Shown here in pieces: positions 50,272 to 61,904 of a stretch of 64,000 nt of DNA. Origin of the DNA: an uncultured Gemmatimonadales bacterium (GTDB lineage Bacteria > Gemmatimonadota > Gemmatimonadetes > Gemmatimonadales > GWC2-71-9); assembly GCA_963821525.1 (NCBI GenBank), contig CAWGED010000019.1:1032233-1096232 (forward strand), in the 5' to 3' direction. Under the pieces are notes generated by a model, which worked only from the letters and a program-made list of their open reading frames with translations, searched no databases and was not told the origin of the DNA. The first letter of the stretch is position 1, and each line of letters begins with the position of its first letter. The position numbers and the translations under genes were made by a program.

Positions 50272-51849
50272 CTAGACTCGGACTAGCCACCAGCCATTCG
50301 GATCAACCACCACTTGCTTCGGTTGCGACTTCACCGACTGCAGAGTGACTCGAGTCTCCCGACCCTCCACTTTCACCGGGTAGATCTTGCCGTCCACGGC
50401 GATGTCGAGATTGGGAAGGCGGTAGAGTCCCCAGGAGTCCTTCTGCTTCTGGGTAATCACAAGATCCAGCGCTTTCCCGTGGTGCTTCCACTGGAGGTCG
50501 AGAATCGGATAGCCCGGTTGGGTGAGAGCCTGGGTGAAATACCAGGTGAGTGAAGTTCCCGCGGCCGCGTCCATCACCGCGGCAAACTGGCTCGAGAGGG
50601 CAGTACTGTCTCGATAGGTCTTGTAGTACTCCCTCATCCCCTTGAAGAACGCCGAGTCGCCGATTAGCCCGCGCAGAGAGTGGAGAACCCACGCTCCCTT
50701 GGGGTAGTTGTTGGTGTTGAGCAGCCCCATCAGGTCGGTCGCAGCCGGATCGATGATGGGACGCTCGAGCGTCGCGGTATCCGCGAAGACCGCCTCGGCA
50801 CCTTCTCGCATAGCGGCGCGAAAGGCGCTGTCGCCATCGGCATGGCCCAGCCAGAGTGCCGCGAAGTAGGTGGCGAAGCCTTCCGACAGCCAGAGATGAT
50901 GCCAATCGCTCTCCGTGACCGCGTCACCGAACCATTGGTGGGCGGTCTCATGGGCTACAGTTTCCTCCCTCAACTTCTTTTCGCTGTACGCCTTGTCGGG
51001 GTAGAAGATCGCGGTGGGGTTTTCCATGCCACCGAAGATCGTGGTGGACTCCACATGAGAGAGACGGTCGTAGGGAAACGGTCCTACCGTCTCGCTGAAG
51101 TAGTCGATCATGTCCCCCACGCGGTGGAACGGCCCCGTAACCGACCAGGCGGAATCCTCCGGATAGGTCACCACCGCGAGGGGAACGCAGCGGATCCTGC
51201 ATCCTCCATCCGGCAACGTCGTAGTTGCGAGCGGACCGGCACCGACGACCATTCCGTACACCGGTATGGGTTGCTTCATGCTGAAATTCCACACGCTCCG
51301 GCCCCGCGGCAGCGAGTCAATCCTTACCAGCACTCCGTTAGCGATGACTTTCATGCCGGGCGGTACCTCGACATGAAAATCCACCGTCGCCTTATCGCTC
51401 GGGTGATCCTGAGACGGCAGCCATTTGTGGGCTCGGTCCGGCCAGTTATCGGCGAAGATGACCCGCTTGCCATACTGATTGGTGCCGATGATGAGACCGT
51501 CTTTCACCGGCCCGTGATAGCGGACCATCGAGATCAGCGAATCTCCGGCCGCCTTGTCGTGCGGGAGATAGATGCCGTCCGCTTCCCGCGCATAGGTGGT
51601 GCGCGAGAGCCGGGTGTTCTCCTTGCCGTCGGCGAGGACACGAACCACTCGCAGGGCGGTATCGAGCTCGATCTCGAGCGGCTCATTGGAGCCGAGGCGC
51701 CAGGTCGTCTGCACCTGGCCCAGGATATGGGTGCTCGTATCGCCCAGTACCAGTGTCACGTCATAGTGCAGGGCATCGTGAACCGGCCGAATGGTGTCGG
51801 GCCGGACGGCGAGCGGATCCTGCAGGGCCAGCAGGAGTGTCAGCAGCAT
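50272..51849 (-). CDS. M1 family zinc aminopeptidase
   Basis: GGMEN, HETAHQWFG, WLSEGFATY, YPKGAWVLH. Confidence 0.93.
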   Translation of the reverse strand: MLLTLLLALQDPLAVRPDTIRPVHDALHYDVTLVLGDTSTHILGQVQTTWRLGSNEPLEIELDTALRVVRVLADGKENTRLSRTTYAREADGIYLPHDKAAGDSLISMVRYHGPVKDGLIIGTNQYGKRVIFADNWPDRAHKWLPSQDHPSDKATVDFHVEVPPGMKVIANGVLVRIDSLPRGRSVWNFSMKQPIPVYGMVVGAGPLATTTLPDGGCRIRCVPLAVVTYPEDSAWSVTGPFHRVGDMIDYFSETVGPFPYDRLSHVESTTIFGGMENPTAIFYPDKAYSEKKLREETVAHETAHQWFGDAVTESDWHHLWLSEGFATYFAALWLGHADGDSAFRAAMREGAEAVFADTATLERPIIDPAATDLMGLLNTNNYPKGAWVLHSLRGLIGDSAFFKGMREYYKTYRDSTALSSQFAAVMDAAAGTSLTWYFTQALTQPGYPILDLQWKHHGKALDLVITQKQKDSWGLYRLPNLDIAVDGKIYPVKVEGRETRVTLQSVKSQPKQVVVDPNGWWLVRV

Positions 51850-51865
51850 CGGTGCGGGCTCCGGG

Positions 51866-52159
51866 CTACGCTTCGATATCGACGGCCAGCTTGGCTTCGC
51901 GGATCGCTTCGAGGTGTTCGGCAACAACGCGGCGATGAACCGGATGGACGAGGTAGCGCTCCAGCGCCTCCAGGTCATCGAACGCAACGCTCAGAACATA
52001 GGGGTACTCGGCATTGCTGGGGCCCAGATTGGCGCCCCAGCGGATGTCGCGAATTTCCGGAATCGGGCCTTTCATCTCGAGCAACGCCGCGGCAAGCGCC
52101 GCGATGGGCTCCGCAGCAGTGCCGGGCTTGAACCGGAGCAGCACCTGATGAAGGATCAT
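51866..52159 (-). CDS. Dabb family stress-responsive A/B barrel protein
   Basis: MILHQVLLRFK...IPEI...F.D..ALERYLVHPVH. Confidence 0.9.
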   Translation of the reverse strand: MILHQVLLRFKPGTAAEPIAALAAALLEMKGPIPEIRDIRWGANLGPSNAEYPYVLSVAFDDLEALERYLVHPVHRRVVAEHLEAIREAKLAVDIEA

Positions 52160-52165
52160 GAGGTG

Positions 52166-52964
52166 CTACTTGCCCAGCACTTCCTGGTAGAACCCCAGGA
52201 TATCCGCCCACGCCTTGTCCACCGACGGGCTCTCCGAGCCCATCCGTCCCGGCTTGAGGAACCCGTGGCCGGTACCGGGATATTTCTTGTAACGGAAGGA
52301 TTTCTTGGCTGCGTTCATCTGGCGCTCGACATCCGGCAATGACGCATCAATGCGCGCGTCGTCCTCTCCGTAAACGCCCAGCACGTGGGCTCCAATAGCG
52401 CGGATGGCGGTCGAATCGGGCGGCGGTCCGTAACAGACTACCGCGGCCTTGAGATTGCGATTCGCAGTGGCATAGGCGAACGATCGCCCCCCACCCCAGC
52501 AGAACCCTATCGTGCCGATGTCATCCGACCGGACCGACGGAAGGGATCCGAGGTATTTGTAGGCCGCATCGAGATCGCCGTTCACCTGATCGGGAGCCAG
52601 AAGGGCCGTCAACTTGCGTCCCGAATCCGGGTCAGCAGGACTGGCTCCGAAGCGGGGAGAGAGAAGATCCGGGACCACCGCGACATAACCGGCGCCTGCC
52701 AGCTTGTCCGCCACGGTGGGTTCCCAATCGGTCAGACCAAAGATTTCATGTATCACGATGATCGCGGGCGCCTTGTCCTTGCGCTCCGGATACGCCACAT
52801 AGGCTCGAATCGAATCGCCGGCCGCGTTGGTGAACTTGACCCATTCACCGTGCGTCGTCGGCAAGCTGCCGTGACACGCCGGTCGCAAGCTTCCAGCCGC
52901 CCAGCAGGCCCGCGAGGAGACCTGCGGCAGCGATCGCTCCAGTAGTCGCCCATCTCGAACGCAT
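52166..52964 (-). CDS. dienelactone hydrolase family protein (apparent frameshift near 52855)
   Basis: HEIFGL, GFCWGG, GTGHGF; signal-like N-terminus MRSRWATTGAIAAAGLL from ATG 52964 with RBS is in the adjacent frame. Confidence 0.85.
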
Positions 52965-52986
52965 ACCTTTCCCCCTTCGGTTGTCG

Positions 52987-54072
52987 TTACTCGGCATATA
53001 CACCTTCCAAGGCCGACTCGGGAGGAGGCAGCCTGTCCCGGTCGGCCAAGGCCTCTTCCGTCGCGGCTTCGACCGTTGCCGTAGCCTTCACCTCGATGCT
53101 CTCCAGCTCTGTGGATGGCACGCTTTGCTGGAGCAGCCAGCTCTCGTAGAGACCAATCGGATCCCGTTTACCCCAGTACTCGAACAGCTCGGCCGGGAAG
53201 GTGGCGCGAGCCTCCCGTTCATCGTGTGTCGCGTGCCCGCCCATCCGGAAGGTTTCGGCAAGCAGCATCACGGGACCTTCACCGCGACGGCAAGCCTCCA
53301 CGGCGAGTTTGGTCGCGGCAAAGGCATCGAGCACGTTGTTGCCATCGAAGGCCCAGCCCGCCATCCCGTAAGCGCCGGGCCAGCCCTCGAAGCTCTCGGC
53401 CGCATGGTGCTGATCCAGACGAGTTCCCAGCGCCACCTGATTGTTCTGAATGATGAAGACCACGGGCGCCCGCTGCACCGCCGCGAAGTTGAGCCCTTCG
53501 TGGGCCACACCCGCCTTGGCGGATCCGTCGCCGACCCAGGTGACGGTAACCGCCGACTCTCCCCGCATCTTCGCCGCGAGCGCGATCCCCACACACACCG
53601 GCACCATGACCCCGACCGGAGAGATCGGCGGGATCACGTGATGCGGCATCGAGCCAATGTGCAGATCGCGGCCGCGTGATGGACCGTTGGCTGCCGCGAG
53701 ATAGCCTCGGAAGACGTCGCCGATCGGCATGCCCATGTCTCCGCACGCGGATTGGTTGCGGATCATCGGAGCGACGTAGTCAATCGCGGGGTCCAGGGCG
53801 AAGACGGGACCGACGGTGGAAGCCTCTTCCCCGGTGCCCAACCAGGCCTTCGAGATCACACCCTGCCGAACCCACCGCGACAGAGCGATGTCCTGCAGCC
53901 GAGCCAGCAGCAGGCGCTCGTAGAGCAGGAGAAAAGCGTCCCGAGGGAGGGTCGCGATCAAGTCCCGACGGTCGGGATCCCGCTCGATCGTCTTGCCGAA
54001 TTCCTGAAGCAGCGCCGGATCAGCGGACCAGGAGACGTATTCGGGGGGATCGAAGGCGGGATAGCGTTTCAT
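52987..54072 (-). CDS. ThDP-dependent 2-oxoacid dehydrogenase E1 alpha subunit
   Basis: GEEA, GDG...NN ThDP motif, TFRMGGHATHD, KRDPI. Confidence 0.9.
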   Translation of the reverse strand: MKRYPAFDPPEYVSWSADPALLQEFGKTIERDPDRRDLIATLPRDAFLLLYERLLLARLQDIALSRWVRQGVISKAWLGTGEEASTVGPVFALDPAIDYVAPMIRNQSACGDMGMPIGDVFRGYLAAANGPSRGRDLHIGSMPHHVIPPISPVGVMVPVCVGIALAAKMRGESAVTVTWVGDGSAKAGVAHEGLNFAAVQRAPVVFIIQNNQVALGTRLDQHHAAESFEGWPGAYGMAGWAFDGNNVLDAFAATKLAVEACRRGEGPVMLLAETFRMGGHATHDEREARATFPAELFEYWGKRDPIGLYESWLLQQSVPSTELESIEVKATATVEAATEEALADRDRLPPPESALEGVYAE

Positions 54073-54073
54073 G

Positions 54074-54128
54074 AAGTAAGCGGTGAGCAGTGAGCGGTGA
54101 GCGGGGCGCTTACCGCTAACCCTCTCAC
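54074..54128. repeat. GTGAGCG heptamer tract and inverted partner filling the kinase-E1alpha spacer
   Basis: GTAAGCG GTGAGCA GTGAGCG GTGAGCG ggg CGCTTAC CGCTAAC CCTCTCAC. Confidence 0.8.
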
Positions 54129-55219
54129 TTCTTGAAGAGTCGGGCAAACACCCCACTCTCCTCGGCTCCTACCAACGCTTCACTCAAGGCCTGCATGGTT
54201 GGGAAACGATCGGCCGGTTCCAGCGACATCGCCCTTGTCAGAGCCACATCCAGTTTGGCGGGGAGTTCAGACCGCACGTCGCGGAGAGCCTTCGGCTTCC
54301 CGCGCAGCCGGGCAATCATCATCTCCTGCGCGTTCCGCCCCTGGAAGGGAAGCTGGCCGGTGAAGAGCTCGAAACCGAGGATGCCGAGGGCGTAGACATC
54401 GCTCCGGGCGTCGAGCGCCTTGCCCCTGATCTGCTCCGGGCTCATGAACTCGGGCGTCCCCAGAACGATCCCGGTTGCCGTCAGCTTCGCAATCTCCGGC
54501 TCGGCCCGTCGTTCCTTGGCCAGCCCGAAGTCCATCACCACGGCCCGGATTCCTCCCGGAGAATGGGCATCGGGCACCAGCATGACGTTTTCCGGCTTCA
54601 GATCCCGGTGGATGATGTGCATGTCGTGGGCATGCTGGAGCCCGTGGCACATCTGGAGCATGAGTGGAATGCCGAGATCGAGCGGGAGCGGACCGTCGCG
54701 CACTTCGCGATCGCTCAGCAGCTCACCGGGGAGATAGGGCATCACCAGGTAGATCAGGCCGTCCTCGGTCTCTCCCAGCCGGATGATGCGGCACACGTTG
54801 AGGTGCTCGAGCCGCATCGCGAGCCCGGCTTCCCGGCGAAGCCGTTCGATCGAGCTGGTGTCTTCCTGGAGTCTGGGCGAAAGGACCTTGATCGCTACGG
54901 TTTCCTTCGATGAGTTATCCATCGCGAGGTACACGTACGACATTCCGCCTTCGCCCAGCTTCTTACCAACCTCATACCGATTATCGAGGACATGGTTGGT
55001 GAGGAGACTGGCCCGATCGTGCCGCGGACTGCGGGCACGGGCCGCCTCCCGGACCTGGGTCCGGATACCGACGCTGGTCTGCGAGGTCCCTGGACCGGGA
55101 CCGGGAGGATGGGCGGCGGCGGCCGAACCCACTTCGACCAGCGGGGAACCGTCCTGAGGACAGAACCGCGCCGGATCGGGGTAGACCCGCTGGCACCGGG
55201 GGCAACGGCGGCTGCTCAA
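54125..55219 (-). CDS. Hanks-type Ser/Thr protein kinase with N-terminal Zn-ribbon
   Basis: CPRC...FCPQDG; LGEGGMS, VAIK, HRDLKPEN, DFG, GTPEFMSPEQ. Confidence 0.95.
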   Translation of the reverse strand: MSSRRCPRCQRVYPDPARFCPQDGSPLVEVGSAAAAHPPGPGPGTSQTSVGIRTQVREAARARSPRHDRASLLTNHVLDNRYEVGKKLGEGGMSYVYLAMDNSSKETVAIKVLSPRLQEDTSSIERLRREAGLAMRLEHLNVCRIIRLGETEDGLIYLVMPYLPGELLSDREVRDGPLPLDLGIPLMLQMCHGLQHAHDMHIIHRDLKPENVMLVPDAHSPGGIRAVVMDFGLAKERRAEPEIAKLTATGIVLGTPEFMSPEQIRGKALDARSDVYALGILGFELFTGQLPFQGRNAQEMMIARLRGKPKALRDVRSELPAKLDVALTRAMSLEPADRFPTMQALSEALVGAEESGVFARLFKK

Positions 55220-56646
55220 TCGCGGTACCGGTTGCGGCCGTCGGCCTTGGCCTTGTAGAGGTTGGCGTCGGCGAGGCGGAGCAGGGATTCACCCTCGCCG
55301 GCTCGCTCATCAGGATAGCAGGCGATGCCGACGCTGATCGTCACCCGCACCGTCCTGCCCGCTTCACCGAAATCGTGGTTGGCGACGCGACGGAGAATGC
55401 GTTCGGCGAAGATGCGCGCGCCGCTTGCCCCGGTCTCGGGAAGCAGGATGACGAACTCCTCGCCGCCGTATCTCGCGACGATGTCCACCGCGCGCTGTTC
55501 CCGCCGCAGGATCATGGCGAGCTGGCGAAGGACGTTGTCGCCGACCAGATGGCCGTACGCGTCGTTGATCTGCTTGAAATTGTCGATATCCACCATCAGG
55601 CAGGCCAGCACCGTGCTGTAGCGGTTGGCCCGCTCGATTTCCTGCGCCAGCTTCTCGTTCAGCGCGCGCCGATTGAAGGTCTCGGTGAGCGGATCGGTCT
55701 CGGCCAACTGCTTCATCTGCTCCCGGCCGAGCACCGCGTTCTCCAGATCGTAGGCCTTCTCGAGCGCGGCCACGGCGGCGCGCACCACCTGGTCGGCGAA
55801 GTCCACGTCCCGATGGTCGAGCGGCGGGTCTTCTTCCGTGGTGCGCAGGAAGAACACCCCGGCGGGCTGGTCCCGCAGCGTGAAGGGCAACGCGATGGCG
55901 GACCGCGTCGGAACCGAACGCCCCTCGGCTTCCCACTCGGCACGGACTTCGTGGTAGAGCGGGTCGGTAAGAACGTCGTGCACCAGCACTACCTGGCGGG
56001 TATCGAGTGCCCGCCGGACCTCGGGATACCGCTTGAGATCGATCCGCAGGTTGCGAAGCATGGGATTCTCGTACGCCGCGACCACGAGCGCGTAATCATC
56101 CGAGTCGGCATTCGACACGATCAGCGAGCACTTGGAGATTCTCAGGCCCCGAGCCACGCGCCGCACCAGGATGTGATAGATCTCCTCCGGCTTGAGGGAC
56201 GCCGTGACTTCCTGGAGGATGTCCACCATCTCCGAACGGCTGCGGGCTTCGGCCCGCGCCTGGTTCAGCTCCCGTCCCACCCGGAGGTGAGCCTTTACCC
56301 GGGCGAGCAGCTCCCGCACCCGGAAGGGCTTGGAGATGAAATCGGCTGCGCCGAGACCGAGCGCACGGACCGTGGCCTCCTCCGGTGGCATGGAGGAGAT
56401 CATGAGAACCGGAAGGTCCTTGTGGTTGGGATCGTTCTTGACCCGCTCCAGCAGCTGCAGCCCATCGACCCGCGGCATCATGATGTCGAGCAGCAGCAGA
56501 TCGTAGGTATCCGCGTCGAGCCGCTCCAGCAGATGGTCCCCGTTGGGGACGCTCACCACCTCGTAGCCGTTCTCCTTGAGGATCCAGGCGAGGGTGCGGG
56601 ACAGGGCCTGGTCATCATCCGCGACGATGATCTTCGGCGCGATCAT
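55216..56646 (-). CDS. REC-GAF-GGDEF diguanylate cyclase
   Basis: REC (ADDD, LDIMMP, SKPF), GAF-like middle, DIDNFKQIND.YGH..GD, RAVD I-site, YGGEEF. Confidence 0.93.
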   Translation of the reverse strand: MIAPKIIVADDDQALSRTLAWILKENGYEVVSVPNGDHLLERLDADTYDLLLLDIMMPRVDGLQLLERVKNDPNHKDLPVLMISSMPPEEATVRALGLGAADFISKPFRVRELLARVKAHLRVGRELNQARAEARSRSEMVDILQEVTASLKPEEIYHILVRRVARGLRISKCSLIVSNADSDDYALVVAAYENPMLRNLRIDLKRYPEVRRALDTRQVVLVHDVLTDPLYHEVRAEWEAEGRSVPTRSAIALPFTLRDQPAGVFFLRTTEEDPPLDHRDVDFADQVVRAAVAALEKAYDLENAVLGREQMKQLAETDPLTETFNRRALNEKLAQEIERANRYSTVLACLMVDIDNFKQINDAYGHLVGDNVLRQLAMILRREQRAVDIVARYGGEEFVILLPETGASGARIFAERILRRVANHDFGEAGRTVRVTISVGIACYPDERAGEGESLLRLADANLYKAKADGRNRYRD

Positions 56647-57618
56647 TCAGGACACCAGGCGCTGGAAGAGATCGGGGTCCACGTTGCCGCCGCTCAGAAT
56701 GGCGACGGTAGGCCCGGTGGGGACGTAATGCCGTGCGAGGAGGGCAGCCACAGAGGCGGCACCCGACGGCTCCACCCGGAGTCCGGCGTTCTCGAAGAGG
56801 AACCGCACCGCCGATTTCAAGTCGGCGTCCTCCACCTGCACCGCTTCCCGGACCCGACCATCAATCGCCGCGAAGGGAATGGCACCGATGGACGGGGTAA
56901 GCAGCCCGTCGGCCAGGCTCGGCCCCGGATCGATTCGCTCGGAGCGACCCGCGGCCAGCGCGGCGGAGAGCTTGCGGACGTTCGAGGGCTCGACTCCGAC
57001 GATGCTGGCGGTCGGGATCAAGTCGGCAATCACTGTAGTAATACCCGCCAGCAGGCCACCTCCCCCGGTGGGCACGAGCACCGCTCGCAAGTCAGGGCAC
57101 TGCTCGGCGATTTCCAGTCCGCAGGTGCCCTGCCCTGCTACCACGTCGGCATGCTCGAACGGCGGAATCGGGACCATGCCCCGCTCGCGCACCAGGCCCT
57201 CAAACACCGGTTCGCGCTGCCGGCGGTCACTCACGAAGACGATTTCGGCGCCCTGCTCGCGAACTCCGTTGATCTTGACCCGTGGCGCATCCTCCGGCAT
57301 CACGACGACGGCCGCCACACCGAGCCGCTTGGCGGCGTAGGCCAGCGCCAGCCCGTGATTGCCGCTGGAGTGCGTTACTACACCCCGAGCGCGGTCGGTT
57401 TCCGAGAGACGGGAGATCGCGGTATAGGCCCCGCGCAGCTTGAAGGCGCCTACCGGCTGCAGGTGCTCGCACTTGAGCCAGACCGGTACACCGATCAGGC
57501 GATTCAAGGCGGGCGATTCGACCAGCGGAGTTCGCAGAGCCACACCGGCAAGCGCCACGGCGGCCTCACGAACAGAGGCGAGAGTGACTCGGGCGGGGTA
57601 CGTCGACGTCAGGGGCAC
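56647..57618 (-). CDS. PLP-dependent threonine/serine dehydratase
   Basis: LKCEHLQPVGAFKLRGA, SSGNH, GQGT, PTGGGGL, VEPSGA, SGGNVD. Confidence 0.92.
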   Translation of the reverse strand: MPLTSTYPARVTLASVREAAVALAGVALRTPLVESPALNRLIGVPVWLKCEHLQPVGAFKLRGAYTAISRLSETDRARGVVTHSSGNHGLALAYAAKRLGVAAVVVMPEDAPRVKINGVREQGAEIVFVSDRRQREPVFEGLVRERGMVPIPPFEHADVVAGQGTCGLEIAEQCPDLRAVLVPTGGGGLLAGITTVIADLIPTASIVGVEPSNVRKLSAALAAGRSERIDPGPSLADGLLTPSIGAIPFAAIDGRVREAVQVEDADLKSAVRFLFENAGLRVEPSGAASVAALLARHYVPTGPTVAILSGGNVDPDLFQRLVS

Positions 57619-57669
57619 GGGGCGAAAGTAGGACTCTGCGGGTGGGTGGGCAAGGGAAGGGAAAAGTAA

Positions 57670-57743
57670 TGAGGACTGAGGACTGAGGACTGAGCGCGAG
57701 AGCTGTTACAGGCCCACCGACTCAGTCCTCAGTCCACAGTCCT
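57670..57743. repeat. inverted pair of TGAGGAC heptamer tracts forming a hairpin downstream of gyrA
   Basis: AGGACTGAGGACTGAGGACTGAG (57672-57694) pairs with CTCAGTCCTCAGTCCACAGTCCT (57721-57743), 1 mismatch. Confidence 0.85.
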
Positions 57744-57753
57744 TTCACTTCAG

Positions 57754-60246
<2,493 letters not shown>

Positions 60247-60434
60247 GAGTATCCGTACTGAGGGTAAGGCGGGGCCGAGGTACTGCCGGGGACCAGCAAA
60301 TATACTCGGAATGAAGACCCGAAGGCAACCCGGAGGAGGCCGCCTAACAGCCGAAATGCCAACTAGTTACGGAAGGTCTGCGGTGGGAGCTCGGCCGGCC
60401 TGCACTCGGGCCCGAGCCGAGCATGAAAAACGGC

Positions 60435-60600
60435 TTAGTGAGAGCCCCGGACGAGGAGGACAGTGCCCCGAGGTCCGGCCGATAACCCTGGGGTCCAGCG
60501 GCATGATGACCCGGCCGATCGGTTCGCCATGGGAATCGAAGAGTTCGTAGACTTCTGGCTGTCCGTTCGTTGTCCGCATAACCATTGTTGCACCCTCCAA
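60435..60600 (-). pseudogene. 3' remnant of a beta-propeller-type gene
   Basis: YELFDSHGEPIGRVIMPLDPRVIG plus GTVLLVR* in the adjacent frame resembles the last blade of 6-bladed propellers; no room for a 5' part. Confidence 0.45.
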
Positions 60601-60682
60601 GCTGACCTGCCTGCAGCGGCCAAGCCGCGATCACAGCGAGTAAGACGCTCGAGCCCCGCAAAGGGTTGCCTGCCCGCACCGC

Positions 60683-60710
60683 GCAACCCTTCCGGGGGGC
60701 GCATTGTCTA
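60683..60710 (+). promoter_or_regulatory. putative ECF autoregulatory promoter
   Basis: GCAAC-N17-TGTCTA upstream of an ECF gene. Confidence 0.6.
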
Positions 60711-60747
60711 GGGTCCAGCGACCGATAACCAATGCCTCCGGAGCCTG

Positions 60748-61287
60748 GTGGACGACCGTGAACTGATCGCCCGAGTCCTGGCCGGAGAGGCCACCGCGGA
60801 GCGGGCACTCTATGACCGGCATGTGGACCGCGTGTACCGCCTGGCCTATCGCCTGGCGGGCGATCCCGATCTGGCCATGGACTTCACTCAGGACACGTTC
60901 ATCCGGGCCTTCGACCGGTTGGCCTCGTATCGAGGGGATGCAGCGTTTTCGACCTGGCTTACTGCAGTGGCGACCTCGGTCGCACTCAACGGGTTGCGGA
61001 AGCTCAAGCGATTCCGGGAGCGGGAAACGGACCTCGAGCATGGCGACAAAGTGGCTTCAAAGCGGTCCTCTGAGCCGGATCTCAAGGAACGGTTGTCCCG
61101 GGAAATTGACCGGCTGCCCCTGGGCTACAGGACGGTGTTCGTGATGCACGATGTCGAGGGCTACACCCATGAAGAGATCGGCACGGCCCTCGGAGTAGAG
61201 ACCGGAACCTCGAAGGCGCAGCTGTCCCGGGCCCGGGCGAAGCTGAGAGAAGCGCTGGCCGACTTTGCAGGGGAATGGAAACCATGA
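60748..61287 (+). CDS. ECF RNA polymerase sigma factor
   Basis: DFTQDTFIRAF, FSTWL, MHDVEGYTHEEIG...GTSKAQLSRARAKL. Confidence 0.94.
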   Translation: MDDRELIARVLAGEATAERALYDRHVDRVYRLAYRLAGDPDLAMDFTQDTFIRAFDRLASYRGDAAFSTWLTAVATSVALNGLRKLKRFRERETDLEHGDKVASKRSSEPDLKERLSREIDRLPLGYRTVFVMHDVEGYTHEEIGTALGVETGTSKAQLSRARAKLREALADFAGEWKP

Positions 61288-61904
61288 ACGACGACGAGTG
61301 GGACGAGAGGCTGTCGAAGGCTGCTCGAGCCTATCACCAGCCGCCTGAGACTCCGAGAGAAGAGATCTGGGCGGGGATTCGGGCGCGGCGGAAGCGGCGT
61401 TCGGTCCTGCGGCCGCCCCAGGTCATCTGGTGGAGTGTCGGAGTGGCCGCTCTTCTGATTATCGGCATCGGCATCGGGCGACTCACCGTGAAGCCCCAGC
61501 CGGTGAACCCCGCGCCGGAGCTGGCCCGTGCGCCGAGCCGTCAGACGGCGGCCATGGCGGTCGCCGCGATTCAGCACCTTAGCCGGGCAGAGGCCCTGCT
61601 CACCGGCTTCCGCGCCGAGGGCAAGACTGCGGGCGCCGACGCGAACTTCTCGGCTTCAGCGCGCGACCTGCTTTCAACTACTCGGCTGTTGCTCGACTCG
61701 CCGGAGCTCACTGATCCGCAGATGCGCGGCCTGTTGGAGGACCTGGAGCTGGTGCTGGTCCAGATCACCCAGTTGAGCGCCGAGCACGGGCATGAGGAAG
61801 TGGACCTGATCACCGAAGGTTTGAAACAGCGCGGGTTGATGCCGCGGCTTCGGTCGGCGATTCCCGCCGGCTCCGCGGCCACCAGCGCACAAGGAGAAAT
61901 CTGA
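61284..61904 (+). CDS. single-TM putative anti-sigma factor
   Basis: ATGA overlap with the sigma stop; PREEIWAGI, TM helix, LLEDLELVLVQI. Confidence 0.75.
   Translation: MNDDEWDERLSKAARAYHQPPETPREEIWAGIRARRKRRSVLRPPQVIWWSVGVAALLIIGIGIGRLTVKPQPVNPAPELARAPSRQTAAMAVAAIQHLSRAEALLTGFRAEGKTAGADANFSASARDLLSTTRLLLDSPELTDPQMRGLLEDLELVLVQITQLSAEHGHEEVDLITEGLKQRGLMPRLRSAIPAGSAATSAQGEI

Noticed and set aside
24428-52964. Frameshifts in DUF5916, CPXCG, SpdH-like, pheA-aroF, S8 peptidase, VIT1 and dienelactone hydrolase as recoding or phase variation
   Set aside because: The indels go in both directions, are not in long homopolymers or repeats, and match the gyrA error pattern. Reads are needed to confirm; the S8 gene could still be a true pseudogene.
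55375-57669. Long antisense ORFs (e.g. 764 aa here; also 61571..63250, 50680..52131, 22474..23691)
   Set aside because: Shadow frames of GC-rich genes on the opposite strand, with no recognisable motifs
57670-57743. Short repeats as a CRISPR array
   Set aside because: 7-bp tandem units without unique spacers; no cas genes in the window
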